Notes under the pieces: model-generated | Told to the model about the DNA's origin: nothing | Databases searched by the model: none | The model's input: the letters and a program-made list of their open reading frames with translations, nothing else | Program-made: the position numbers and the translations under genes | Shown here: piece by piece, positions 11,390 to 23,230 of the stretch | Layout: every line of letters starts with the position of its first letter | Numbering within the stretch: position 1 is the first letter of the stretch | Assembly: GCA_010093605.1 (NCBI GenBank) | Contig: MU004194.1 | Coordinates: forward strand, 1,464,323 to 1,528,322 | Direction of reading: 5' to 3' | Origin: Lophium mytilinum | Lineage: Eukaryota | DNA length: 64,000 nucleotides

Positions 11390-13345
11390 TCAAACTTCGT
11401 TACTCTTCAACCTCGCCAACGTCCGCATGAGCGTCTTCCGCTCCTTGCCGTCATAGTCAAGCACGTGAATAATATCTCTGAGCTGGATGCCGCGCCCCTT
11501 GCTCTCGTCCTCTCTGAAGCTGCCGAACTTGCGATCCCTGGCCACGAGCAGCCTGTCAACCACTGGGCCTGTGCCACTACCGCCACCACTGCTACCACTA
11601 GCTCCCACACCCGTGTTGATACGGCTAGGCGTAGCAGCCTTTGCACCACCCGTCATCCAACTGTACTTTTTCTTTCCGCCGCCGAGGGCCAAGCTAGCTG
11701 TAGCATTGGCGTTACGGTGAAGAACATCTTGGCTCTGGTCGATCTTGCTGAGGCGGTCACGCTCCTTCTTCGACAAGGGCTTCATATCCGCCATGACGTC
11801 GGCAGATGGTGTACCAGGGACGGTGGGAGAGGCACCGGCAGGGGTAACAGAAAGCTTCTGCCGCTTCGCGCGGCGATCGAGACGCTCCTGCTCGTGTCGG
11901 CGATCGCGGGAGGCCAGTTTTTTGAGGGTGGAGGCAAGATTGTTGGGGATTTGGACCGTAGCTTTCGGACTGGGCGGCGATTCGGTTGGCGGGGAAGGTA
12001 GACCGCCAGCGCTGGATGCTTCTAGAGAAAAACTCATGTCAGTAAATGTCACAGTAGACAAACTGGGTTCATGAAACGAACGTCGTTTACGCTTAAGGCC
12101 TGGCACCGTCATAGGGCTGACGGCACTGTCCGGCACCTCCCATGCGCTCTTTGTGAGATTGGTAGGTACCGCTGTGGCTGGCTCCGCGTTGGCTCCGATA
12201 GCGACGTCGGCCCACTCAGGCGGAACTAAGCCGTTGGAACCGACCTGACGTCCACGGGCTAGACCATAAGCATCATCGAGGACCGTGCGAACGCGCTCTT
12301 GGGCTGCGAGAGATATGAGGGTAATGACGTCGACCAAGGGGGCGTTTTTGTTTAGAACACTGTCTGCTTGGCGTATGGCGATGGATTCACCGTTCACACC
12401 AGTGGCAACCCGCTGCTGCACATTAGTAGCGTTTTGGGGAAGCCGATCAAAGAGCCCCTCGACATTGACATCAATTCCATGCTCGTAACCTCTGGCGTGA
12501 AGCTTGGTACGAACAACGCTTGCAACAAGGAATGGGTCGTTTAGATGATATTGCTGGGCATCGTTGAGAGCTCGGGCAGCCGATCGATGCGCTTCTTCAA
12601 GCTTCTCCTCGAGGGTCTTCTCCGTCACAGCGGGCTGGCTGAGGGGCCCGGTTCCCTGGAATGCACCATGTGTGCCTTGCGGCCACTGGAAGCTACCATT
12701 CGGTGAGACGGTTGAAGACGACTGCGAGTTGAAGGAGCCGACAAACGATGTGCTGTGTTGGTTTCGGTAGTTCCTAGATAGATAATCCTCCTCCTCACGC
12801 TCGTCAATACCGGCAGCTGTAATGATATCGCTCAGATCGTTGATGTTCGTAGATCGGTCCATCTTGTCCAGGCCTGAACTGTCGGTCGTCTTGCTATAAG
12901 GGACTTTCGGTGGTCCCATGGATCCAGTTGGAGGAGCACGGGAGGCGTTGTCGTTCGGCTGTTGGTGGTAGAAGGGCTGTGGCTGGTGAAAATGCGGCAT
13001 CGGAGGCTGCACGCTCGTGGGAGGAGGCCCATGCGGCGATAAATGTGGTGACAGATACTGGCCCGTGGGAGAAGTAGCGTATGGCGACGTGGCATATGGT
13101 GAATTCGAGTATGGGGAAGGAGTCGGCGAGAGGCGTGCCCGCTTGTTAGGAGGTCCTGTAGCTCCTGCGAGTCCGCCAGGAGGAGACATGCCGCCCGGGG
13201 GTGACTGTAGGCCTTGATACGGTGAGTATGTCCGCTGTGGAGGCTGTAGAGGCGGCAGCGGCGGGTACTGCTGCGGTGGCTGTACTGGATGATGCATAGT
13301 GGGTGGTGAGTAGCCCGACGGCTGTTGTCCTGGTGGTGAAGCCAT
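11390..13345 (-). CDS. TAF4: TFIID subunit TAF4
   Basis: Motifs INDLSDIITAAGIDEREEE, histone-fold QERVRTVL..A..LAR.R, HRNANATASLALG..KKYSWM and IQLRDIIHVL. Probable 69-nt in-frame intron 12022..12090 (GTAAAC...TACTGAC...TAG). Confidence 0.9.
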   Translation of the reverse strand: MASPPGQQPSGYSPPTMHHPVQPPQQYPPLPPLQPPQRTYSPYQGLQSPPGGMSPPGGLAGATGPPNKRARLSPTPSPYSNSPYATSPYATSPTGQYLSPHLSPHGPPPTSVQPPMPHFHQPQPFYHQQPNDNASRAPPTGSMGPPKVPYSKTTDSSGLDKMDRSTNINDLSDIITAAGIDEREEEDYLSRNYRNQHSTSFVGSFNSQSSSTVSPNGSFQWPQGTHGAFQGTGPLSQPAVTEKTLEEKLEEAHRSAARALNDAQQYHLNDPFLVASVVRTKLHARGYEHGIDVNVEGLFDRLPQNATNVQQRVATGVNGESIAIRQADSVLNKNAPLVDVITLISLAAQERVRTVLDDAYGLARGRQVGSNGLVPPEWADVAIGANAEPATAVPTNLTKSAWEVPDSAVSPMTVPGLKRKRRSFHEPSLSTVTFTDMSFSLEASSAGGLPSPPTESPPSPKATVQIPNNLASTLKKLASRDRRHEQERLDRRAKRQKLSVTPAGASPTVPGTPSADVMADMKPLSKKERDRLSKIDQSQDVLHRNANATASLALGGGKKKYSWMTGGAKAATPSRINTGVGASGSSGGGSGTGPVVDRLLVARDRKFGSFREDESKGRGIQLRDIIHVLDYDGKERKTLMRTLARLKSNEV

Positions 13346-13859
13346 GTCCAGGCTGCTCCCGTGGCGCTCCTATCGCTGGGTCATCGGCTGGGAGCGGCGC
13401 GCGCAAGACGTGCGGATGTCGTAGAATATGTGGCGGTCAATCACCAAGAGTATGCGCTTGGGCGGGTTGCTGTGTCGGTAGTGATGTGTCGATTTGCGGT
13501 CGTGGCTGGGATGATGAAGAGGAGGAGTTGCATCACGGTCTGCGAAACAGCGGCCAAGAGCGGCCGGAGATTCGTCGGGCCGGGCAAGCCCAGAAATGAA
13601 GTGAAGCCTCGCGTTGCGCGCTCAACAAAGCACTCCAATTCTCCACCGTCCGAGGTGATGTTGTAGCCATCAGACCGATCGCTAACCCCCCAAGCTGGTC
13701 GGAGGATGGATTAGGGCTTGATGAATGTAACCCTGTTGCGCATTCCTGCCTCGACACTTCCACAAAGACTACGACAACCACGCGTACTCACCGTCTTCGA
13801 CCTCCCACTCGATCGTAGGATCTATTTAACCTTTTTGGACGCTATCCAAGCCAACAACT

Positions 13860-16843
13860 ATGGCAACCAAGCGGAAAGCAGCTGCCATGGGCAGTGATGA
13901 AGAGCCTGTAGACCCGTCAGACGAGCTCCTGTTCTTCTGTCTTGGTGGAGGCAATGAAGTTGGACGCTCATCGCATATAATACAGTACAAAGGAAAGACA
14001 GTGATGGTAGGCTCAAACCACGGTTGTTTGCTTAGAATGGATGCTGATAGAGGATAGCTTGATGCTGGCATGCATCCGGCCTTTGAGGGTCTAGCCGCAC
14101 TGCCTTTCTACGATGAGTTTGATCTAAGCACCGTAGACGTGCTACTTATCAGCCAGTATGTATTCTCGCTTCTCCAGAATCGGCGACCAAGGATGGGAGA
14201 GCATTTGTCACTGTTGAACGGGCATGGAACATCATCGCCGGGACGTGTGCGTTTGCACCGTTGCAGCCCTGCAAACTGTCTTCCGCGGCAACACTTCTTG
14301 TATATGAGAATCAATCGAAATATATCTTGTATACTACATGTCCTAGCTCGTCCTGGTGAAGTGCGCTCCACCAGGAACCCTCTCGCAATCGTGTACATAG
14401 CAATGCTCTCCCATCCGCGTCAGTTTACTCCATCCCTCATGCAACGGTACTAACTGCATACCAATAGTTTCCATATCGATCATGCCGCCTCATTGCCATA
14501 CGTCCTCTCCAAGACCAACTTCAAAGGCCGTGTCTTCATGACCCATCCTACGAAAGCCATCTACAAATGGCTGGTGCAAGACAGCGTCCGTGTTGGGAAC
14601 ATCTCCTCTTCTGCCGAACAGAAGGTGCAACTATACACCGAAGCGGACCATCTATCAACCTTCCCGATGATCGAGGCCATCGATTACTACACCACCCACA
14701 CCATCTCATCAATACGAATAACTCCCTACCCTGCTGGACACGTACTGGGCGCAGCCATGTTTCTCATCGAGATTGCTGGCCTCAAGATCCTCTTCACAGG
14801 CGACTACTCAAGGGAGGAAGACAGGCACTTGATCTCTGCTGAAATCCCCAAAAACATCAAAATTGATGTCCTCATCACTGAAAGCACTTACGGTATTTCT
14901 CGACACACTCCTCGAATGGAGCGTGAAGCCCAACTCATGAAGAGCATAACCAGCGTGCTGAATCGTGGTGGCCGTGCCCTGCTACCAGTTTTTGCCTTAG
15001 GCAGAGCGCAGGAGCTATTGCTGATTCTGGATGAGTATTGGGGAAAGCATCCAGAGTATCAGAAGATCCCAATATACTACGCCTCAAATCTAGCGCGGAA
15101 GTGTATGGTGGTCTATCAAACATACATCAGTGCCATGAATGACAATATCAAGAAGCTGTTCCGGGAACGCCTCGCGCAAGCTGAAGCTGCTGGAGACGTA
15201 GGCAACGCGGGCCCGTGGGATTTCCGCTTCGTAAGGAGTTTGAAAAGCTTGGAGCGGTTTGACGATGTAGGTGGATGCGTTATGCTGGCTAGTCCTGGGA
15301 TGATGCAGAACGGCGTGTCGCGGGAGCTGTTAGAACGATGGGCACCAGATCAAAGAAATGGTGTCATCATCACTGGTTATTCAGTTGAAGGGACAATGGC
15401 AAAGGAGATTATGCATGAACCGGAGCAGATAACAGCCATCATGACAAGAGGTAGTCAGACCGCCCGAAGGCCAGGCGGCCCTCGAGAAGGAGAGAAGGTT
15501 TTGATCCCACGACGATGTAGCGTGCAAGAATACAGTTTTGCAGCTCATGTTGACGGACCAGAGAATATGGACTTTATCGGCGAAGTGAACGCTCGTGTTG
15601 TCGTAAGTTTTTCGCCCTTTGAATCAACTACGATGTGTATATTAACGAAACATGCAGATCCTCGTTCATGGCGAAAAGCACAACATGATGCGACTGAAAT
15701 CCAAACTCCTCTCCCTCAACTCCGACAAAACCGTCGCCGCAAAAATCTACTCCCCCGCCAACTGCGAAGAGCTCCGCATCCCCTTCAAAGCAGATAAAAT
15801 CGCCAAAGTCGTCGGCAAGCTCGCGCAGATTCCACCACCACTCCCCTTCCGAGGAAAAGACGACCCAGAAGGTCGCCAAGAAGACTCAGACAACTCGAAA
15901 TTCATTACCGGCGTCCTCGTCCAGAACGACTTCAAGATGTCTCTCATGGCCCCCGAAGACCTCCGCGAGTATGCCGGCCTGACCACCACGACCATTCTGT
16001 GCCGACAGCACCTTAACCTCAGCGCCGCGGGCATCGACCTCATCCGATGGGCGCTTGAAGGCACGTTTGGCGCGATCGAAGAGATCACAATCGAAGACGA
16101 GGCCGTCAATGGGAAAGTACAGGCCAACGGCAACGCCCACAAACACGAAGACGCTGACGAGGAAGTCTCGCGCTCCACAACTGCGCTAAAGGTCATGGAC
16201 TGCGTGACGATCTACTGTCGACCCGGCGGCTCGGTGGAGGTGGAGTGGGAGGGCAATATGATCAACGACGGCATCGCGGATGCGGTGCTTGCGGTCTTGT
16301 TCACCGTGGAGAGTAGTCCTGCAGCTGTGAAGCGTAAGTGCCCCGAGCCTTGCCATTGAACGGCTGTGAGAATCTATATACTGACTGCTTGAAACAGAAT
16401 CATCTCGCTCCCACAGCCACAGCCACTCCCATACCCCTCTGTCCAGCGCCCTCCCCACGCGTCTCAAACCCTCTCACAACCCGCACGCCTCCTCTGACCC
16501 TTCTACCCGCTTCGCCCGCCTCTGCATGTTCCTCGAAGCGCAGTTTGGGCCCAATGTCCACCCTATCACCCACCCGCGCCTTGGCACCTCGGACCCCTCC
16601 TCCACCCCCGAGTCCGCCGACGCAGATCCAGAGAAGTACACCAAAGCCGAAATGACGGAGCTGAAACGCCTGCACAACATCGGCATCCCCGTGCCTGGCG
16701 TGGAGATACGGTTCGATAACCACGTCGCGCGAGTTTGGCTGGAGGATCTGAGTGTAGAGTGCAAGGTGCAGGCGCTCAGGGATCGAGTCAGGGCGGTGGT
16801 GGAGAGGGCTGTTGAGACGGTGAGTGGGCTGTGGGTTGGATGA
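13860..16843 (+). CDS. YSH1: mRNA 3'-end endoribonuclease Ysh1/CPSF73 (metallo-beta-lactamase/beta-CASP)
   Basis: Exons 13860-14006, 14058-14155, 14468-15602, 15658-16333, 16398-16843. Motifs [25 protein letters not shown] (spliced), [45 protein letters not shown] and NDGIADAV. Confidence 0.97.
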
Positions 16844-18122
16844 GTCAATCAATGGCAAGGCGAAGGAAAGGATGTGGAAGGGAAAGAGGCATTTGGAGTA
16901 GTGAGCTACGGCGTGGCGTTTAGCATCTGGCCTGCCTATCAGGATTAGGGATATCAGGGATAGTCTGGGTGGCATATCATAGATCCTAGGACAGCTCATG
17001 CCAATGGAAATATTGACATTTTGAGACTAAGGCTCGCATTCTATATTGCACGATGTCATGAGAGACACTGGTATAACGCATGTCCATGCTTCATGCGCAA
17101 TTCTTCTAATCCTCTACTAATTATCCGTGATGTTTATAGAGCTAAACGCGCTTAGTCTCCCACCTCCCTACCTACCTACCTACCTCTCACGTGTTCCCAT
17201 ATCCCCCGGCATGGCCCTCACGTGCCAATAACATCTGCCAGTTATAAAACCTCCTCTCCCGAGGCCCCGAATCTAGAAATCAGAGGTTTGATGGCCGTCT
17301 GAAACAGGCGGGGTATCAACTAAAGAAGCTGGATCACAAGACGAACATGGGAGGAGGGAGATACTTCTAGCGAAGTGATGACGCGTATCATCTCTCCAAA
17401 TAGCAGCCCATAAAACTAGGTCCACATATCTACTGTGCCCAATGTCAGGCTCCGCTATCGTGCCATCGCCCTGCTCGTCTTTAGCAATTCCCAGAGGTGA
17501 TGATTGAATACGCAAATAAGCAGCCCGCACATGACGAAGGACGAAGTTGCGTTTGAACGCTCCATTGCTCGTCTTGCTCGGATTCTTTGCTCTGCTGTCG
17601 TCGTCGAGGCTTCTGGTCTCTTGGAACTTCGTGGAAGGGGTATTTAAGGCATGGAAACTGAATCTGGTAGGGTCACGAGCCTGGGATCGAGTTGCTCGTG
17701 ACGGGTTTCAGGTAGACGCATATCATGGTTGATTAAGGAATGCTCTTAGGTTTCTTGAGTTGCGCGTATGTACTACCTACGAATTGGACCATATAGAAGC
17801 TTTTTTGGGTGTCCGTGGTGTGGCACATGGAGCCAGCTTTAACCCCCTCTTTCTCATTTAGTTGCAGGTAGTCACAGATTTGACCGCGTGAAATCATTTT
17901 TGGTAGCCGTGAAGTGACACGCATTGCTCTGGGTAGAACGAGACGACAGCAGCATACATATCCTAGATGTAGTTGCTGCAGATACTTGCTAATCAAACAC
18001 ACAGAATCATTTTGCCAGACGCAGAGTAGACGCGGAGGGGATGCCAACCTAAGATGTTATTATTCCATCAACCTACATATCTACACGAAACCAAGGATGT
18101 TGTATTTTTCGTAACCCACCGT

Positions 18123-19499
18123 CTACGCCTTCAACAGTTTCTCTAACTCGACTACGATTGCGTCGCCAACTTCTGCCGTCTTGGCCTGGCCGCCAATATC
18201 CTTCGTCCGTACGTTGTTGTCAATGACAATCTTGACCGCCTCATCAATCTTCTTCGCCAGAGCGGGCAGATTGAAAGAGTATTTCAGCATCATGCTCATC
18301 GACAGCACCGTCGCAACCGGGTTGACAATACCCTGTCCCGCAATATCCGGCGCGGACCCATGAATCGGCTCATAAATGCCAAAGACCTTGCTCTTCCCAT
18401 CCGGAATGCCGCTCAAACTCGCCGACGGCAGCAGCCCCAGCGAGCCCGGGATCACCGACGCCTCGTCGCTAATGATATCTCCAAACAGATTGCTCGTGAC
18501 AATAACCCCGTTCAGCGCCCGCGGATTCTTGACCATCAACATTGCCGCGCTGTCAATCAGATGCGTGCCGTGCTTCAAGTTCGGGAACTCCTTCGTCATG
18601 ACCTCCTCAAACACCTTCCGCCACAGCCGACTCGTCGCGAGCACGTTCGCCTTATCCAGACTCCACACAGGCGCGGGCGGGTCCTCGGCCAGGGCGAGGC
18701 GGCCAGCCAGCCGCACGACACGCTCGATCTCGGGCCGCGAGTAGGGCTCGATGTCCCAGGCGGTGCCGTCTCCATCATCTTCCTTCCGGTCGCCGAAGTA
18801 GATGCCGCCGGTGAGCTCGCGCACGATGTTGAAGTTTGTGCCGCGGCAGACGGATTCTTTGAGCGGGGAGGCGGAGACGAGGGAGTCGGAGGCGAAGAAG
18901 CAGGGACGGAGGTTGCCGAAGGTGGAGAGTTCTTTGCGCAGGCGGAGGATGCCTTGCTCGGGGCGGACGGCGCCGGTCCCCCATTTCTAGGTGCTGTTAG
19001 GAGATGGTGGTGGTGGTGAGGGAGGTGATGGTGTTGTGGAGAGGTACATACAGGGCCTCCTACAGCTCCGAGGATAACGGCATCAGAAGTTTTCGCGGCG
19101 GCGAGGGTCTCGTCTGTCAGAGGGGTGCCGTTGGCGTCGATTGAGGCCTGTTTGAGAGGGTTAGATGTCTGTGTCGAGCGTTAGGCAAAGGGTATACGTA
19201 CCCCTCCGAAGAGATGGTCTTCGAACTCGAACTTGACATCTGGAGTTCCTTTCTCGACGACTTTGAGAATCTATATCAAGGTTAGCAATCGAGGACCCTT
19301 CAATTGATCTAATGGGTGAACTGACCTTGACAGCTTCTGCAATAACCTGTGGATTCGGCTTAATTATTGCTTATAGAAATAGTGCGGGGAGCTTACTTCA
19401 GGTCCAACTCCATCGCCTGGAATGCTGTTAGCTAGGACCATAGTAACAAGGTACAATTAGCAACTTACCTCCGAATACTACAATCTTGAAAGTAGGCAT
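18123..19499 (-). CDS. LEU2: 3-isopropylmalate dehydrogenase
   Basis: Six exons (19469-19499, 19397-19416, 19326-19346, 19202-19270, 19052-19147, 18123-18986) join to 366 aa. Motifs [46 protein letters not shown] and [13 protein letters not shown]. Confidence 0.97.
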
Positions 19500-19629
19500 A
19501 TTGGTACAATGGTGTTCGTGGTGTTGCAAGAGAAGGTCCGTCGCGCATCAACTCTGGAGTAATAAATTTAAGCTCATCGGTTGACGGCGGGGATGGACGG
19601 TCTAAGCTGCGATGTCGGCGACTGCTCCG

Positions 19630-19639
19630 CCGACGTCGG
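19630..19639. promoter_or_regulatory. Leu3/LeuB-type site CCG-N4-CGG (CCGACGTCGG)
   Basis: Perfect palindrome matching the Leu3/LeuB consensus, ~130 bp upstream of the LEU2 ATG. Confidence 0.65.
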
Positions 19640-21190
19640 ACCGCTGCATCGCTGTGGCATGATGGTGACGGGCGTGATGGGAATCGTGTGTCTCGCGACT
19701 GGTCGAAGGGGGCCAAAGGGGGCCAAAGGAACGACTGCAGGAGAAGACGCAGGCTGTGCAGAAGCAATCATATCTTGGGCTGCATGCCTCGATGCCCGAA
19801 CCCTCCATCTCTTCTCCAGCCTCCTCCAGTTTACCACCCTCAGCTGCTATCACCACCCCGCATTGGGATGACTGACCTCACCGATCAGGGGTCCCCTTTT
19901 CACGCCTCACTACTTGCTTACCATGTTCGTACCATCTGGCGGCGTTGTGGCTAGTAGGGCGGACTGCTGGCTGCTACGAAGGGCTCGCCCTGTTGCCTCC
20001 GGAGTGAGCCACGGCGCTTGAACGTCGTCACGGCCTCCTAATGAGTAGACCGCTGGCAATTCACGGTATACTGTTTCAAGACCGGGATTTCTCTTTTCTT
20101 TTCCTATCGGCAACTCAATCAGGACCACGGTATTCGGCCGAACGCACCGTTCTGCTATTTCTGGTCTGCAGTTGCAGATGGCTGCAGCGGAAGCGGGCAT
20201 TGCCCCATCCGGCGTGTCGTGGCTGGGGCCATATGCGAGGCTACGGGCGAACGATGAAGATAGGACGGATAGGGGCATCACATCAAGGGGGCTGGAGGCT
20301 TACGAGCGCGTGAGTGTTGCAGAGTTTTTCTTCGTTTCAAACATGTCGCACGTCGGCCGTCTTGCCTCTTCGAAGGGCAAATCATGTCCAGCTGTTCATG
20401 TTCGTCGTGTTGTTGCCTTGGGAGTCAGGCGAGGCATTGCTGGGCACTGGCGCTCAGGGCATAGAGAGGTCTCGGTGCTCCACGGCTTAAACACCATGAC
20501 GACACCTGCATTCGTTTTACGCTCCAGTCTTCTCTTTACAGACGACTCTTGCGCGTGCCTTCTGGCCCGGCGGCTACAGTTGAATTCATGCTGCAGTCAA
20601 ACGCCCGGGAGTGTTGATCGTACCCTTTTCTAGGGTGTTTATATTGGTGGCGTTCATACAAGCGGGGTCTCCTACTCAGCTCTCAAAGCTCAATTATCAC
20701 TCTATGCCCAACTCTCTAGACCTTCCGACGAAACTGCTCTCTTCCTTCCTAAGCGCTTCGCGCGCAGTTATTAATGTGGATACCCTTTCGTCGGCCATGG
20801 TCCCTTTTGGACGACACGGCTGTGCACAGTCACGTTCACCGCTGCTGCTCGTGAACCGCCACACAGCCACACCCTTACTATTGCAGCCTTGGGAGGCCGC
20901 ACCCACACGACTCTCCCAAATGGCGACGAGAACATGCTTACTGGCCGACAGCTCCGTTCATAATATCAGCAGCCCCGTCGTCCGCTTGGAGTGGGCAACT
21001 TAATACAGCGTGATCACCACTTTGCACCAGGCTCCTCGCATCAATCGCCCTACAGCCTCGTGCCCTCACCGACTGTACCCTTCACATTTTTTCCATCCTT
21101 TGCCTTGTGTAGGCATGCGACAATAGCACGCTCTCCTTTCTGTCTGATATAACAGTGTTGGATGTATTAGCGTGAGCATGAACGCTGGCC

Positions 21191-23230
21191 ATGCACCAGC
21201 CGATACTAAGGGCAAAGCAGTATTTCCCTCTGATGTCTGACTCACTGCCTGGCCGAAATCAACCCAACATGGAGGAACAGAACACCACGGCTCCAGGAGA
21301 GGGGTGTACAGGAGAAGTACCGGCCTCTGACACAGCCCCCGAGGCTGCCTCGCAACCACCAACAGCCCTGCACTATCCCCTTCGAAGACAAGATAGTGCT
21401 TCCACCACCGGCAGCATGGCCTTACCCGTGTCCCAACTTCCTCCTGGTCTATACAAGATCCGCATCCAAGGCAGCTGCCCCTACTGCAAGCACTGGCATA
21501 GAACCACGACGGCTCGAATCTCCTTAAACCCTGCCATTTTCACTGGTGTCCGCTGCGAGAAGTGCTCAAGGAAGTGGTTCGGCATCGGAGGAAACGACTC
21601 ACACGCTTCCTTTGCATCCCAGGAGACACTTCCGGATTCTGACCGCCCGATTCGTTCTGCGTTACACACGGCTCTCTTACAGAACGTGCGTTCCTTGAGC
21701 GCAGTAGGTAGTCCCACCTTGGCCGTCTTGGAAGAAGATACCACTCCATCGCCACTTAGGACTAGACCGGACAATCCTTTCCCTTCTCATTCTCGTTCTA
21801 CATCGCAGCGCAGTGCTGTTCATACTCCATCAAGTGCTACCAAAGTAACCATGGCCGCGGATGAACCCACTACCCAGGAGATGACTCACCCGGAGCCCGA
21901 GGAGCATCTAGTGGAACCATTCCGGACGACTCATACTCCGACTCAAGACTCAAATGGTCCCCAAAAGCTCGGCGTCCGGAAGCGACTGGCGAAGCGAGTT
22001 AGCAAAAAATGGCCGAGGATGACCAAGAAGTATAAGGACGTCAAAGACGTGCTCAAGAATACGCTCAAGTCTCCGAGATTCCACTTCAGGAAGACCGACA
22101 AGGTAAAAGCGACAGCCGTTGAGCCCCAAAGTTCCCAGGAGCCACATCAGGAACCACCGCCGGACCAGAAGCTCGAATACAGGGTAGATGACGATACCAT
22201 CAGCGAGCCAGAAGCTACACACGACAAGGAGATAGAGAGTGGACAACCCCAAAACCGCCCGTCAGACAAAGGGAAAGGGACTGCCGAAGCGGAGCAGCCC
22301 TCTTCTGCTACAAACGAGCGCCTAAGGTCGTCCAGCAATGATAGGAGTTCTCCATCATCATCCCCAGAGATAGAAGGACAAGCAAGCCGTGAGGAGGCCA
22401 TCAGTTACTTGCGCAAGAAGCTGACGGAAGAGCGCGCGTGTACCTGTGGACCAAATTGCGGGCCCGAATGCCGTTGCCGACATCACGGTCGAGAGAGGCA
22501 CACGCCTCGCGCTGAAGACGACTCCTCGGTCCGCTACTTCCATCCTAATGACGCCTCGGATGTTCACGTACCACGCCTTCGCCAAGGGGACTCAAGGACC
22601 TCACGCAACTCATATGAGTTTCAACACATGGGCGGCCATTTAGGCCAACAACCGGAGTCGATCTATGCTCCCAGCCTCAACATCAGCGCTGAAACAATGT
22701 CCAATCGTTCAAACCGCTTCAGCATCATCACCACTGTTTCAACGGCCAGCAATTTTTCTACGGCAATAACTGCTGTAGAAAGTGAACGCGGTCTCACTGC
22801 GATGTCGCCCCCGCCTGGCCTGCCCCGCCCGAGGCCTCAGTCTCTTCCACGTCCACAGCCTCATTACGCACGATTTGGCCCCGCGTCGCCCCCAATGTCT
22901 CCTCTACGTGTTTCGACTTTCGCGACGGCCCGTAATAGTTATGCAAGCTCTTCGGACGACCGAGACGATGGCGAGCGCACTCAGGATGACCTCGACGATC
23001 TCGGGACTACACCGACACAGCATAATTACAGACAAGAAGCACTTCGAAGCTTGCAGGAACTCGAACGAGGACGTTCGCCTGTCCAAAATCATGCTCAAGA
23101 CAATGATGGCCAGCAAGGAGATGCTATCGCAAGACAGGACCATGCGCCAGTTGTCGACGGCCACACGCCGATGGTCAACGGGCATGACTACGAGCGAAGG
23201 TTGAGTGAGCCGACGAGCAGCACTGCATGA
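21191..23230 (+). CDS. Hypothetical, largely disordered protein with an N-terminal CxxC...CxxC zinc-ribbon-like motif
   Basis: 679-aa ORF (the true start may be a downstream Met). It has CPYCKHWH...CEKCSRKWFGIGGN and a second Cys cluster CTCGPNCGPECRC. Confidence 0.75.
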   Translation: MHQPILRAKQYFPLMSDSLPGRNQPNMEEQNTTAPGEGCTGEVPASDTAPEAASQPPTALHYPLRRQDSASTTGSMALPVSQLPPGLYKIRIQGSCPYCKHWHRTTTARISLNPAIFTGVRCEKCSRKWFGIGGNDSHASFASQETLPDSDRPIRSALHTALLQNVRSLSAVGSPTLAVLEEDTTPSPLRTRPDNPFPSHSRSTSQRSAVHTPSSATKVTMAADEPTTQEMTHPEPEEHLVEPFRTTHTPTQDSNGPQKLGVRKRLAKRVSKKWPRMTKKYKDVKDVLKNTLKSPRFHFRKTDKVKATAVEPQSSQEPHQEPPPDQKLEYRVDDDTISEPEATHDKEIESGQPQNRPSDKGKGTAEAEQPSSATNERLRSSSNDRSSPSSSPEIEGQASREEAISYLRKKLTEERACTCGPNCGPECRCRHHGRERHTPRAEDDSSVRYFHPNDASDVHVPRLRQGDSRTSRNSYEFQHMGGHLGQQPESIYAPSLNISAETMSNRSNRFSIITTVSTASNFSTAITAVESERGLTAMSPPPGLPRPRPQSLPRPQPHYARFGPASPPMSPLRVSTFATARNSYASSSDDRDDGERTQDDLDDLGTTPTQHNYRQEALRSLQELERGRSPVQNHAQDNDGQQGDAIARQDHAPVVDGHTPMVNGHDYERRLSEPTSSTA

